Notes: generated by a model not told the origin, from the sequence alone. A DNA stretch of 64,000 nucleotides from Thermodesulfobacteriota bacterium (GCA_963675595.2 CAXXLZ010000001.1:1600001-1664000); one strand, 5' to 3'; positions 10,053 to 19,995 are shown, counted from the stretch's first letter. Made by a program: numbers and translations.

Positions 10053-11288
10053 TCAACTCCGCGCCTCGGAATCAGCCTCCGACAGCTCCTGGGATCGAAC
10101 CGTGGGAACCGCTATCGCCACGCCTGCCAAGGTGATTCCCGAGGCCACCAGCAGGACCGGATTCCAGCCGCCGAACTCGGACAGCATCCACCCCGTAAGC
10201 ATCGACGCCACCACTCCGGCGATGTTTCCGGAGGTATTCATAATGGAAGAGAGAATGCCCGCCTGCTTCGGCGCCATGTCCAGGGTCAGAGTCCAATACG
10301 CCGGAGTCGCAAGAGCCTTGAAAGCGGAGGAGCAGGTAACGCAACCCACCGCCAGGTAAGGATTATTGATCCAGATCAGACCCAGCAGGGTCACACCGGA
10401 CAGCCCCATTCCCAAGTAGAGCAGTACGGTACGGCTGAATCCCCTGGATACGCCCCGCCTTACAAGGGCGTCGGAAATCCATCCCGACAAGTTCATACAT
10501 ATGCCTGAAGCCACCGCGGGCAGCGCCGCGCTGATACCGGTTCCTGTAATGGAAAAACCATGAACCTGAATCAGGTAGACCGGGAGCCAGACCAGGAAAA
10601 GATAACCCGCGTAATTGTGGCAGAAATAGGAAAGCGTCAATCCGAGACTGGAGGGGTGAAGCAGCAGCAACCTCCATGGGATCGGCTCTCTGGGTTCGTC
10701 GGGTGAATCGAGGTTTGCGATGGCCTCTCTCGGCCCTTTCCAAACCCAGAATCCGATCCACACGAAGCCGAACAGAGCGAATACGAGAAAGATGGCTTCC
10801 CAGCCCCAGACGCTGATGATCCAAGAACCTATTGGAAACCCCAGAACGGTTCCCAGAGTCAGCCCCGACAACGTGAAAGCCTGGATCTTGGCTCGGTGAT
10901 GCAGCGGCGCCCGACGGACGATCAGATTGCTCACGCAGGGGAAATTAACGCCCTGTCCTGTGCCCACCAGATATCGACACCCCACCATGGTCCAGAGTCC
11001 CGAGAAGTACGGCGTCAGCAACGTGAACAGAGAGAAGAACCCGACACCCATCGGCAGGACGCGTCTGGCCCCGAATCGGTCGGCGATCACCCCCCCGGGG
11101 ATCATGAAGAGGACGTACCCCGCGAAGAATGCCGAAAACACCAATCCCATCTGGGACTCGTTCCACCCGTAGGCCGCCATGATGAACGGAGCCGCGATGG
11201 AGATGTTCACCCGGTCCAGGAAGCAGAGAACGTTTGCGAAGAAACAGAGAATAAAGGTCGCCATCATTCCCTGCGAGACGCTGCTCAA
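10053..11288 (-). CDS. MFS transporter (anion:cation symporter type)
   Basis: LDRVNISIAAP, GG.IADRFGARR, multiple TM segments; TTG start after GAGGAG. Confidence 0.88.
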   Translation of the reverse strand: MSSVSQGMMATFILCFFANVLCFLDRVNISIAAPFIMAAYGWNESQMGLVFSAFFAGYVLFMIPGGVIADRFGARRVLPMGVGFFSLFTLLTPYFSGLWTMVGCRYLVGTGQGVNFPCVSNLIVRRAPLHHRAKIQAFTLSGLTLGTVLGFPIGSWIISVWGWEAIFLVFALFGFVWIGFWVWKGPREAIANLDSPDEPREPIPWRLLLLHPSSLGLTLSYFCHNYAGYLFLVWLPVYLIQVHGFSITGTGISAALPAVASGICMNLSGWISDALVRRGVSRGFSRTVLLYLGMGLSGVTLLGLIWINNPYLAVGCVTCSSAFKALATPAYWTLTLDMAPKQAGILSSIMNTSGNIAGVVASMLTGWMLSEFGGWNPVLLVASGITLAGVAIAVPTVRSQELSEADSEARS

Positions 11289-11457
11289 GGTTTCTCCTCA
11301 ATTTGCGACGACGCCCGGGGGCTCGTTCGGATAACGCGGTTTTCGGAGGCCGCTCTCGTCCCGGCGGTCCATCCCGCGCAGCGCTTCACGTCACGAGCGT
11401 CGGTTGGGGTCCCCACGGTTTCACACCAATGGAGCCTCTAATGATTCCCGTCGTTGT

Positions 11458-11763
11458 TCAAATAATCTTCCGACGGCGAAGCTCCAACATCTGGTTGTAA
11501 TCCACCCGGGCCCGAACTCGGTACGTGCCTCCCGTTCCTCTTTTGGAGGGATCCCCCACCATTCCCAGATGCATGGTCCCCATGGTCACCTCCACCGTCG
11601 CCCCCGCTTCGACCAAAGCCGGTATCAGGTACTCCCAAGGAACTCTTCCGGAATCGATGTGTTTCTTCAGTTCACTTACTTCCATTTTCAACAGTTTCGC
11701 CATTTCTTCATCGGAATAAATCTGAAAGAACTCATAGAATTCGAACATACGGGTATCCTTCAT
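11458..11763 (-). CDS. Hypothetical protein (possible N-terminal HTH)
   Basis: 101-aa ORF with protein-like composition, co-directional with MFS; SDEEMAKLLKMEVSELKK resembles an HTH. Confidence 0.5.
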   Translation of the reverse strand: MKDTRMFEFYEFFQIYSDEEMAKLLKMEVSELKKHIDSGRVPWEYLIPALVEAGATVEVTMGTMHLGMVGDPSKRGTGGTYRVRARVDYNQMLELRRRKII

Positions 11764-12136
11764 TGCTCACGGCGGTTCTTGGGTATTCTTGCGGCGACCG
11801 ACGGCGGCTCACCCTCTCCTTCAGCACGCTCCCCACGTCATTACGGGAAGCGGCCGCGGAAAGCAACCTCAACCAGGCAAGCGGCCTCACTTTGCGAACC
11901 CTTCCCCGTCTCACCTTTATTGACAAGGTCGACGCTCGTTGCTAATTAACAGCATATCGGTTGCATACAAATCAATGCCCAACTTCCGAAAAACGAAACC
12001 GCGCCCGGAAAAGAGGTCCAATTCCGCCTCCGTTGACAACCGTGTCGGCCGCTGATAATAAACCGGATATCTGTCGCATACGAATCAATGCGCAACCGTC
12101 GAAACACCGTGCCGCAATTCGAAAAGGGGTCCAATA

Positions 12137-12943
12137 ATGAACGCCGGCCGCTGTAAATATACCGCAGGAATCGACATCGGTTCTCTGACTGCGAAGTGCG
12201 TAATCGTCAAAGAGGGAAAAGAAATTGTCGGCCACATGGTAATTCCCACGGGGGCTTCGCACAGTGTGGCCGAACGGGTCTATGACTCGGCGTTGGAGAA
12301 GGCGGGCGTTTCCCGTGAAGACATCGGCTATCTCACTTCCACCGGCTACGGTCGAATGAACGTCCCTTTCAGCGACAAACAAATCACGGAAATCACCTGC
12401 CATGGTCGAGGAATCCACCATGAAATACCCGAGGCCCGCGTCATCGTGGACATCGGCGGACAAGACTCGAAAGTGATTCGAATCGACGACCGCGGCAGGC
12501 TCATGGACTTCGCCATGAACGACAAATGCGCGGCGGGATCGGGACGTTTTCTGGAGGTGATGGCCCATGCGCTGGAGGTGGGCCTGTCCGATATGGGCCC
12601 CATGTCTCTGGATGCACCCTATGTCGCCGAAACCTCTTCCACCTGTACCGTGTTCGCCGAAAGCGAAGTGATTTCCCTGATCTCCAAGGGTACTCCTCTC
12701 AAAGCCTTGCTGGCCGGCATTCATGCAGGTATTGTGGAGCGTGTGTACGCCTTGCTCAAATCCAAGATTCGAGGCGGCGGCGAAGACGAGGTCGTGGTAA
12801 TGAGCGGAGGCGTGGCCAAGAATATCGGCGTAGTCAAATTGCTGTCCGACAAACTTGGACGCCCGATTCGGGTTCCACCTGAACCTCAGATCGTCGGCGC
12901 TTTGGGCGCCGCCTTGCTGTCCTACGAATTATGCATGAAATAA
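12137..12943 (+). CDS. Acyl-CoA dehydratase activase (HgdC/BadF-BadG ASKHA ATPase)
   Basis: GIDIGS, TGYGR, EITCH, DIGGQDSK, MNDKCAAGSG, STCTVFAESE, GGVAKN. Confidence 0.92.
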   Translation: MNAGRCKYTAGIDIGSLTAKCVIVKEGKEIVGHMVIPTGASHSVAERVYDSALEKAGVSREDIGYLTSTGYGRMNVPFSDKQITEITCHGRGIHHEIPEARVIVDIGGQDSKVIRIDDRGRLMDFAMNDKCAAGSGRFLEVMAHALEVGLSDMGPMSLDAPYVAETSSTCTVFAESEVISLISKGTPLKALLAGIHAGIVERVYALLKSKIRGGGEDEVVVMSGGVAKNIGVVKLLSDKLGRPIRVPPEPQIVGALGAALLSYELCMK

Positions 12944-13106
12944 GCGTTCGAAAGACATTCTCTCCCGAAATCCGCCTTTCAAACGGATCACGATTTTTCG
13001 GAACGGACACCGGCCCCGACGGCATCCGATTCCTTGATCCCCCAAACATCCATGCGCGTACGCCGCGTGCAACGGGCGAGAAACCGGCGTTAAAAAGGAG
13101 CCGACC

Positions 13107-14297
13107 ATGAGCGTTTCTTTGACCAAGTGGACAGGACCCGAAAGCGTGAACCAAGCCATCGACTCCGTGGACGGGTGGCGGAATTTCAAGCCCGGAATGA
13201 AGGTGCTGATCAAACCCAACGCGGTTATGGGAGGATCGCCCAAAATATCCTGCCGAGGCATTACCAGTTCTCCCGTTATCGTGGGAGAGTTGATTCGACT
13301 GGTAAGAGAGAAAGGCGCCTCGGAAGTCGTGATCGCCGAGGGGTCCGTCGAGTTGCCGTCCCTCAAATTGGATACGCAGGCCGCGTTCGTCTGGAGCGGT
13401 CTACAAACCCTGGCGCAAGAGGCGGACGTGCCGTTGGTCGACATGAATAAGGGGCCTTTCCGTCCCTTCACCCTCAAGGACGGAACCGAGATTGAAATCG
13501 CCGAGGCGGTGTTCGACGCGGATTTCGTCATCAACGTACCCGTCCTGAAGACGCACAATCAGACCGTAACCACCGTTTGTCTGAAAAACCTCAAAGGCTG
13601 TCTGGCCATGGAATCCAAGAAGAAGTGTCATACGGAATCCAATTTGAGCCACGCCATCGCCGAGTTCAACACGTTGATTCCCTGCAACCTCAACGTGGTC
13701 GACGCGCTCACGGCCACGGAAATCGGCCCCACCCCCACGGGAAAGGAGGACCAGGTTCGGGAAATGGGACTCCTGCTTGTAGGCGAGAACCGGTTGGAAT
13801 GCGACATCGTGGGAAGTCGTCTTTTGGGATACCGGCCGGAAGCGGTGCGACACATCATGGACTACGCGGAACTGACGGGAGGAAACACGGCGTATGAGGG
13901 CGTGTCCGTTCTCGGTGAAGACCCGGATCAATACTGCATTCAGCTCGAGTACGCCTCCAATTGGCTTGACGACCTCATGGAGCGTTTCGCCGTCAGCGGC
14001 ATGAGCATGCCGAAATACGGAGACGGTCTGTGCTCCGCTTGCGGATTCAATATGTGGGCCGCAGTCATGGCATTTTGCCGAGCCAACAAAGGTACCGCCC
14101 TGCCCCCGACGGAACTCTGTCTCGGCACGGAGGTAGTGGCCACGGGGAACGCAACGCACACCGTTTTGGTCGGCAAGTGTTCAATCAAGAAGAACAAAGG
14201 CTTTGAAGGAGCCGTGAAAGTGCCCGGCTGCCCCCCGGACCCCGCCAAATTCGTTGAAATCATGGGGAAGGCTTTGATCGAGGACGCCAAGCCATAA
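13107..14297 (+). CDS. DUF362 domain Fe-S protein
   Basis: KVLIKPN, NVPVLKTH, LKNLKG, C-terminal CSAC / GKC / PGCPP. Confidence 0.85.
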   Translation: MSVSLTKWTGPESVNQAIDSVDGWRNFKPGMKVLIKPNAVMGGSPKISCRGITSSPVIVGELIRLVREKGASEVVIAEGSVELPSLKLDTQAAFVWSGLQTLAQEADVPLVDMNKGPFRPFTLKDGTEIEIAEAVFDADFVINVPVLKTHNQTVTTVCLKNLKGCLAMESKKKCHTESNLSHAIAEFNTLIPCNLNVVDALTATEIGPTPTGKEDQVREMGLLLVGENRLECDIVGSRLLGYRPEAVRHIMDYAELTGGNTAYEGVSVLGEDPDQYCIQLEYASNWLDDLMERFAVSGMSMPKYGDGLCSACGFNMWAAVMAFCRANKGTALPPTELCLGTEVVATGNATHTVLVGKCSIKKNKGFEGAVKVPGCPPDPAKFVEIMGKALIEDAKP

Positions 14298-14311
14298 CCC
14301 GATGACCCGTC

Positions 14312-14341
14312 GCGGTGAAAGCCTCTTCGGGTTTTCACCGC
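14312..14341 (+). terminator. Hairpin downstream of DUF362 (convergent with thiC)
   Basis: gcggtgaaagcc-tcttc-gggttttcaccgc inverted repeat. Confidence 0.45.
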
Positions 14342-14418
14342 AACCTGCGTCACGGGCTGTCGAACCCCGGATTCCGTCGATCGAAGAAGATCCGACGCAT
14401 CATCCACACTCGGCAGGT

Positions 14419-14457
14419 GGGGTGCGAGGGAAACCTTCTCAAAGGTCTTCCCTCGTG
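14419..14457 (+). repeat. REP-like palindromic repeat, copy 1
   Basis: ggggtgcgagggaaaccttctcaaaggtcttccctcgtg; similar to copies at 18036 and 28349. Confidence 0.55.
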
Positions 14458-14506
14458 TGGTTGCAGCCGAACGTCTTGCCTCACCCCATCAGAGTTCCAC
14501 CCTCCT

Positions 14507-15820
14507 TCACGCGCAACCCTGCAGATCCGGCTTCTTGAAGTATTCCCTGACGATCTTGATGGCGCAGTAAGGGCCGCACATGGTGCAGGCTTCCTCTTCG
14601 GCCTTGGGAGCGCTTTCGCTTCGGTATCGCTCGGCCTTGCGGGAATCCAGGGAAAGGGCGATCTGCTTTTCCCAATCGAGGTTCTTTCGCGCGGTCGCCA
14701 TGGCCATATCCAGTTCCCAGGCCTTCCCGTTTCCCCTGGCCAGGTCCGCCGCGTGAGCCGCGATCTTCGACGCGATGACGCCTTCCCGCACATCGTCGAC
14801 CCCGGGCAACGCCAGATGTTCGGCGGGCGTCACGTAGCACAGGAAGTCGGCTCCCGCCGCGCCTGCAATGGCGCCGCCAATGGCACAAGCAATATGATCA
14901 TATCCGGAAGCGATGTCCGTAACCAGCGGTCCCAAGACATAAAACGGCGCTTCATGACAGAGGCGTTTTTGGAGCTGGATGTTGGTTTGAATCTGATCCA
15001 ACGGCACGTGCCCGGGACCTTCGATCATAACTTGCACGTTTCGTTCCCAAGCCCTCAACGTGAGCTCACCCAAAGTGATCAATTCCTCGACCTGTGCATG
15101 ATCCGTGGCGTCGGCCAGACAACCGGGGCGCAACCCGTCCCCCAGGCTCAGAGTCATGTCGTGTTTGTAGGCGATGTCGAGAAGCCGGTCGTACTGCTCG
15201 TACAGAGGATTCTCCCGGTTCTTGCTCAGCATCCAGGTGGCCAGGAACGCGCCTCCGCGGCTCACGATGTCCATGATTCTTCCCTGGTTGCGCAGCCGTT
15301 CCAGGGCTCTGAGGGTCACGCCGCAATGAACCGTGACGAAATCCACCCCTTCTTCCGCTTGTTGTTCGATGATGTCGAAGAGAAGTTCGGGGTCCAGGTC
15401 CACGATGCCCCGGTCTTGACGCGTGGTTTCAATGGCCGCCTGGTAGATGGGCACGGTGCCCAGAGGAATGGGCGTAGCATCCAGAATGTCTTTGCGGATG
15501 GCCGCAATGTCTCCACCGGTGCTCAGGTCCATGACCGTGTCCGCACCCGCTTCCACGCTCGCGGTGAGCTTCGCCAGTTCCCGATCCAAATCCGCCTGGT
15601 CCGCCGAGGTCCCGATGTTGGCGTTGACTTTGATCAGGAGCCCCTTGCCGACACCTTTGACGTCCGTCTTGATCTTGTTTCGATTCGCCGGAATGGCGAT
15701 CTTTCCTTGTGCCACAAGACCGAGAAGTTCTTGCGGGTCCACTCCCTCCGAACTTGCGACGCGTTTCATTTCGTCGCTCATGATACCTTTGCGTGCCATT
15801 TCAATCTGCGTCATAGTCAC
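14507..15820 (-). CDS. thiC: Phosphomethylpyrimidine synthase ThiC
   Basis: KVNANIGTS, GADTVMDLSTGG, VSRGG, SLGDGLRPG, EGPGH, CYVTPAEHL, CTMCGPYC; TPP riboswitch upstream. Confidence 0.97.
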   Translation of the reverse strand: MTMTQIEMARKGIMSDEMKRVASSEGVDPQELLGLVAQGKIAIPANRNKIKTDVKGVGKGLLIKVNANIGTSADQADLDRELAKLTASVEAGADTVMDLSTGGDIAAIRKDILDATPIPLGTVPIYQAAIETTRQDRGIVDLDPELLFDIIEQQAEEGVDFVTVHCGVTLRALERLRNQGRIMDIVSRGGAFLATWMLSKNRENPLYEQYDRLLDIAYKHDMTLSLGDGLRPGCLADATDHAQVEELITLGELTLRAWERNVQVMIEGPGHVPLDQIQTNIQLQKRLCHEAPFYVLGPLVTDIASGYDHIACAIGGAIAGAAGADFLCYVTPAEHLALPGVDDVREGVIASKIAAHAADLARGNGKAWELDMAMATARKNLDWEKQIALSLDSRKAERYRSESAPKAEEEACTMCGPYCAIKIVREYFKKPDLQGCA

Positions 15821-16112
15821 TTTCCTCCCACGTTATGATCTCAAGCTCCCTGGGCGCTGTTGCGGGTACACCGCCCGCTTTCCGTCACTCAAAGGTCGTC
15901 GCCGGTGAGCGAAACGACGCATTCGACCCTCCGGGACGGACAATCGACTCCGGTTGCCGATCCGGGGTGACGGAAAAACAAAGATGTACGGAATAGAAAG
16001 TGCGTGGGCCGGCTGCAGACAGCGAAAATCCCGAGGAGAGGCCGCCGTGCAGGGTGACCTCAAAAAGCATCACCTTTTCCCGCCTTTAAAAGGCGGCTTT
16101 GGTCGAGGCGGC

Positions 16113-16197
16113 TTTGCTTTCCCTACGCCGGTATTACCCGGATCAGGTTCAAGGATTGCCGACCGAATCGGCTCTCAGCCAGTGCACTCCTAAGCAA
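16113..16197 (-). ncRNA. TPP (THI-box) riboswitch
   Basis: Minus strand reads ...taGGAGTGC..GCTGAGA...CCTTGAACCTGATCCGGGTAATACCGGCGTAGGGAA, the TPP aptamer consensus, upstream of thiC. Confidence 0.95.
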
Positions 16198-16202
16198 AAT
16201 TT

Positions 16203-16232
16203 AGGATAACCTTATCGTAACGTCGACGTCAA
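16203..16232 (-). promoter_or_regulatory. Putative sigma70 promoter for riboswitch-thiC transcript
   Basis: TTGACG-18 nt-TATCCT on minus strand immediately 5' of the aptamer. Confidence 0.55.
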
Positions 16233-16392
16233 GTAAATGCCAAAGTTGCTTCCACGAGCCGAATCCCGAAAAATACGCCTCTACGGCACGCGTGATTGCC
16301 GTCTATGGAAGCCCCGGGAAAAACAAACTTGACTTCGGCGACGCCTCGTTCAATATGGAATCGGTAACTATAGAATATCGGGAGCGCATACC

Positions 16393-16818
16393 ATGGCATG
16401 GAAAGATAAAGTCCACGTAATGAAACAGCATTCCGTCTCGCTGGAAAACCGGGTCGGCGCACTTGCCGAGTTATGCGCCGCCATCGAGCATGAATCCATC
16501 AATTTGTTGGCCATTTGCGCCATCGACACGGTGGAGGAAGCGGTCCTGCGTCTGGTGGCGGAACGGCCCGATGAAACGCGAACGGCCCTTGAAAAAATCG
16601 GCTTCCGGGTCATCGAAACGGACGTACTCGTCGTGGAACTCGGCAACATGCCCGGGACCACCGGCAGGGTGGCGGCCATGTTGAGCCAGAACGGCATCAA
16701 CATCGACTATCTTTACGCTTCCGCTCATCCGGATATGGAAAAAGCCGTGGCGGTTTTCCGGCTGGATGAAGTCGACAGGGCGTATTCCGTGCTCAAGAGC
16801 TACCTTGAAACCCATTAG
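16393..16818 (+). CDS. Tandem ACT-domain protein
   Basis: SVSLENRVGAL..L....INL and NMPG....A..L...GINIDYLYA repeats. Confidence 0.85.
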   Translation: MAWKDKVHVMKQHSVSLENRVGALAELCAAIEHESINLLAICAIDTVEEAVLRLVAERPDETRTALEKIGFRVIETDVLVVELGNMPGTTGRVAAMLSQNGINIDYLYASAHPDMEKAVAVFRLDEVDRAYSVLKSYLETH

Positions 16819-16827
16819 GAACAGCCT

Positions 16828-17838
16828 ATGGAACCCAATCGGTTTTCCGTTTCCCGTACTCATTTGAAACAACTTTTCAGGGACAAAGGTGATCGTATTC
16901 TCATCGCCATTGGAGTGGCCAACGGTGCGGAGGCACGGCAACTTCACCACACCTTGGCGAACCTCTACGCGCAGAACGCCGTGCCCGACTTTGTCGGGGG
17001 CTTCATCGCCTTTGTATCGGGATATTTGTGCGCCGCCATGCACGGCCTGCCGGATATGGGTTACATCCTACGGTCCGAGATAGTCCGCCAAACGGACATC
17101 ATCGAACAGGCCACGTGGATGGCCGCCCTGCAGACGGGAACTCCGGCACTGCCCATCGGGGTGGACGCCGACACGGGCTACGGATCGGAACCCTGTGCGA
17201 TCCTGCTCACCTGCCGGCAGATTCACAAACAAGGAGGACAGTATATCCAATTGGAGGATCAGCGGGACGTGAACAAGACCTGTGGGCACATGGCGGGTGC
17301 CGGAGGGTTGGGGAAATTTCTGGCCCCGGCTGAAGACATGATCCGTTTGCGACTGGATCCCGCCGTGGCCTATGCCGCCGACCAGGACGATTTCGCCGTT
17401 ATGGCCCGTACCGACGCCATCGCGGTGGAAGGCTTCTCCAAAGCCATGGATCGCGCCATGCGCTACGCGGACGCGGGAGCGGATTACATCTTTGTGGAGG
17501 CTCCCGAAAGCCTGGAACAACTCCGCACCATCGGGGAGGAATTCAAGAATTCTCCTCGCGGAATTCTGGCCAATATGATCGAACGGAGTCCCAAGACTCC
17601 CTACATGAGCCCCAGAGAATTACACGAGCTAGGATACGACATCGCCCTGTACTGTATCGGTTCGATGTTGGCCGGCCGGGCCGCGCAGCAACGCTACTAT
17701 CACATCATCGGTCAGGGTCGCCAAGTGCTGCAGGGTGCCGACGAGAGCGAGGAGCGCTGGTTCGCGGGGTTCAACGCCATCATCGGGAGAGAACAGACCG
17801 AAGCCTGGAACCGTTTCTTTCACGACAAGGCGTCCTGA
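16828..17838 (+). CDS. Isocitrate lyase/PEP mutase family protein
   Basis: GLPDMG, DADTGYG, LEDQ...KTCGHM, MARTDA, AGADYIFVEAP, LANMIE. Confidence 0.85.
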   Translation: MEPNRFSVSRTHLKQLFRDKGDRILIAIGVANGAEARQLHHTLANLYAQNAVPDFVGGFIAFVSGYLCAAMHGLPDMGYILRSEIVRQTDIIEQATWMAALQTGTPALPIGVDADTGYGSEPCAILLTCRQIHKQGGQYIQLEDQRDVNKTCGHMAGAGGLGKFLAPAEDMIRLRLDPAVAYAADQDDFAVMARTDAIAVEGFSKAMDRAMRYADAGADYIFVEAPESLEQLRTIGEEFKNSPRGILANMIERSPKTPYMSPRELHELGYDIALYCIGSMLAGRAAQQRYYHIIGQGRQVLQGADESEERWFAGFNAIIGREQTEAWNRFFHDKAS

Positions 17839-18035
17839 ATACGGGAGAAGTCCTTATTCGCGGAATCACCGGGGGAACGGCGTTCCCCGGGCCCCCCAAT
17901 GCATGCTTCATCCCGCCGGCGCGCGACGAAGTCGAAGCGGGAAGCTTCTTCGCCGATTCCGGCGATGTAGGGAACATTGGGGATCAGTGAGCAGACCTGT
18001 TTCACTCTCCGCCGGAGGCGGTGAGGCCTGCTTAA

Positions 18036-18088
18036 GAGGCTTTGAAAAGGGGTACGGGGAAAAGCTTTCCCGAAAGTTTTTCCCCGTG
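18036..18088 (+). repeat. REP-like palindromic repeat, copy 2
   Basis: gaggctttgaaaaggggtacggggaaaagctttcccgaaagtttttccccgtg, between convergent genes. Confidence 0.6.
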
Positions 18089-18134
18089 AAGTTCTCCCTT
18101 TTCTTTTCCCGTCCTTACCTTGGAATTCCGCTCT

Positions 18135-19490
18135 CTATATGCCCGCGTTGACGCTTTCCGCGGCCACCTGGGCGAAAATGCTCGAGACTTGAAGCCCCAT
18201 CCCAGTGGAGGGATAGCTGTCGAAGAATCCCGCAGTGGTGTTACCGGCCGCGAAGAGCCCCGGTATCGGATTGCCGTCGGGTTTCAGCGCTCGAGCGTCC
18301 TTGTCGATGACCACCCCGCCCATGGTGTTGAGTACCAGCGGGATGATCTCAATGGCGTAGAACGGTGGTTGGGAGAGTGGCGTAAGCAGTTCGGCGGCTT
18401 TCCCGAATTCCTCATCCACACCGGATTGGGCGTAAGAATTATAGCGGTTCAATTGGGCCGAGAACGGCTCTTCCGGCACACCGATTTCCCGGGCAAGCGA
18501 GCTGAAATCATCCGCTTTCTTCACCCGTCCCGACTCCACCTCCTTGGCCAGGTCCGTAAAGGGGTTGCCTGTGCGCATGGCCTCGTCGATGATCACGAAA
18601 CCGCGGGCATCGGGCTGATTGTATAGCGCATGCGCGAAGTAGGCATTCCAGAGCGATTCGTCCATGAACCGGAGACCGTTTCGGTTGACCACGGCATAAT
18701 TGCTGAAAAGGATGAGATAAAAACTCCGCATACTCAGGCCCGCCGTATCCGGCATTTCGGCCTTATAGCCGATACAGCAATTCAGGTCGTTGACGGCGGC
18801 TCCCACTTCTTTGGCCAGCCTGACCCCGTCGCCTCTGGCCCATCCGGCACATACCATGACGTGCTTGCGGATCGGCACATGATCCTCCACCATCTGTTTG
18901 TTCTTGCCGAAACCGCCGGTGGCCAGCACGACGCCTTTGGCCCGTACCTCGACGCTGTCTCCGGCATCGGTTTCCGCCTTGACGCCGACAACGCGTTCGC
19001 CCTCCAAAATCAGGGACTTGGCACCGGCTTTCATTATGAATTCGGCTCCCATGGCCTCCGCGCGCTCCTTGATCACGTTGACGTATTGAGCGCCCATTCC
19101 TTCGTTCTGGTGTACCCTTGGGACTGAAGTGACTCCGTGGGTGTGAATGTCTTTGGTCTGAGCCAATCCCTGTTTCTCCAGCCATTCGATGTTCGACGCC
19201 GCCCGATCCACCAGGACGCGTATCAGCTCCGGACGACAACGATAAGAAGAGTATTGCATCAAATAGCGATACAGGTCTTCCTTCGAATCCTTGATGCCTT
19301 TTTCCTCTTGGAGCTTGGTTTCCGATGCCAACCAGAAGCCCGCGGAAATCATGGCATCTCCTCCGCAAGACCCGAGTTTCTCCAAAACCACCGTCCGAAG
19401 TCCCAACTCACGGGCTCGTACCGCGCCACACAGGCCGGCCGATCCGCCGCCGACAAATACCACGTCGCATTCCACTTTTCTTGAGGCCAT
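18135..19490 (-). CDS. FAD-dependent oxidoreductase, flavocytochrome c flavin-subunit/SdhA superfamily
   Basis: VGGGSAG, LEK, VVLATGGF, G.RFMDE, TMGGVVID, IPGLFAAG; no haem CxxCH. Confidence 0.85.
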   Translation of the reverse strand: MASRKVECDVVFVGGGSAGLCGAVRARELGLRTVVLEKLGSCGGDAMISAGFWLASETKLQEEKGIKDSKEDLYRYLMQYSSYRCRPELIRVLVDRAASNIEWLEKQGLAQTKDIHTHGVTSVPRVHQNEGMGAQYVNVIKERAEAMGAEFIMKAGAKSLILEGERVVGVKAETDAGDSVEVRAKGVVLATGGFGKNKQMVEDHVPIRKHVMVCAGWARGDGVRLAKEVGAAVNDLNCCIGYKAEMPDTAGLSMRSFYLILFSNYAVVNRNGLRFMDESLWNAYFAHALYNQPDARGFVIIDEAMRTGNPFTDLAKEVESGRVKKADDFSSLAREIGVPEEPFSAQLNRYNSYAQSGVDEEFGKAAELLTPLSQPPFYAIEIIPLVLNTMGGVVIDKDARALKPDGNPIPGLFAAGNTTAGFFDSYPSTGMGLQVSSIFAQVAAESVNAGI

Positions 19491-19703
19491 GTGATTTCCC
19501 CTTTCTCAAGGTCTACGAAAAATGCAAAAAAAGTCGGGACGGAAGACCCGATGCCCGACGTACGTCTCTCTCATGCGACTTCGAGGCCTTTTCAAAAGGA
19601 TCGGCAATGCGATCCGGTTCTCCGTTTACGGGAATCATCGGTGTCCCGCGGGTGGGGATATCGTGTTTGAGCCGGTGTCCGGAGGAAGGTCGGTTCGGCA
19701 AAA

Positions 19704-19886
19704 CTAGCCTGTCTTTTCACGATCCGCGTCGACGAAAGCGTCCATGCGGAGACAGACCGGACATTCCTTCGGAGGAGAGGTTGCGTACTCCAATATGTGG
19801 CACCCTCGGCAATTGGCATACTTGCAGGAAGGACATCGTTCGGATTCGGTGGTATATCCGCATGCGGTACAAAGCCAATTGTACAT
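19704..19886 (-). CDS. Small protein with four CxxC pairs (rubredoxin/double zinc-ribbon-like)
   Basis: MYNWLCTACG..CPSC..CRGC..CPVC, 60 aa; AAGGGAG RBS before ATG at 19886. Confidence 0.7.
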   Translation of the reverse strand: MYNWLCTACGYTTESERCPSCKYANCRGCHILEYATSPPKECPVCLRMDAFVDADREKTG

Positions 19887-19995
19887 GACGGTTCTCCCTT
19901 TTTCCAGATTTGCGTTTACACTTCTATACAAAATTATAGAACGCGAACCCGTTTCCCGCAACTCCGGGAGAAATTTTTAACGGAATACGAGGTGA

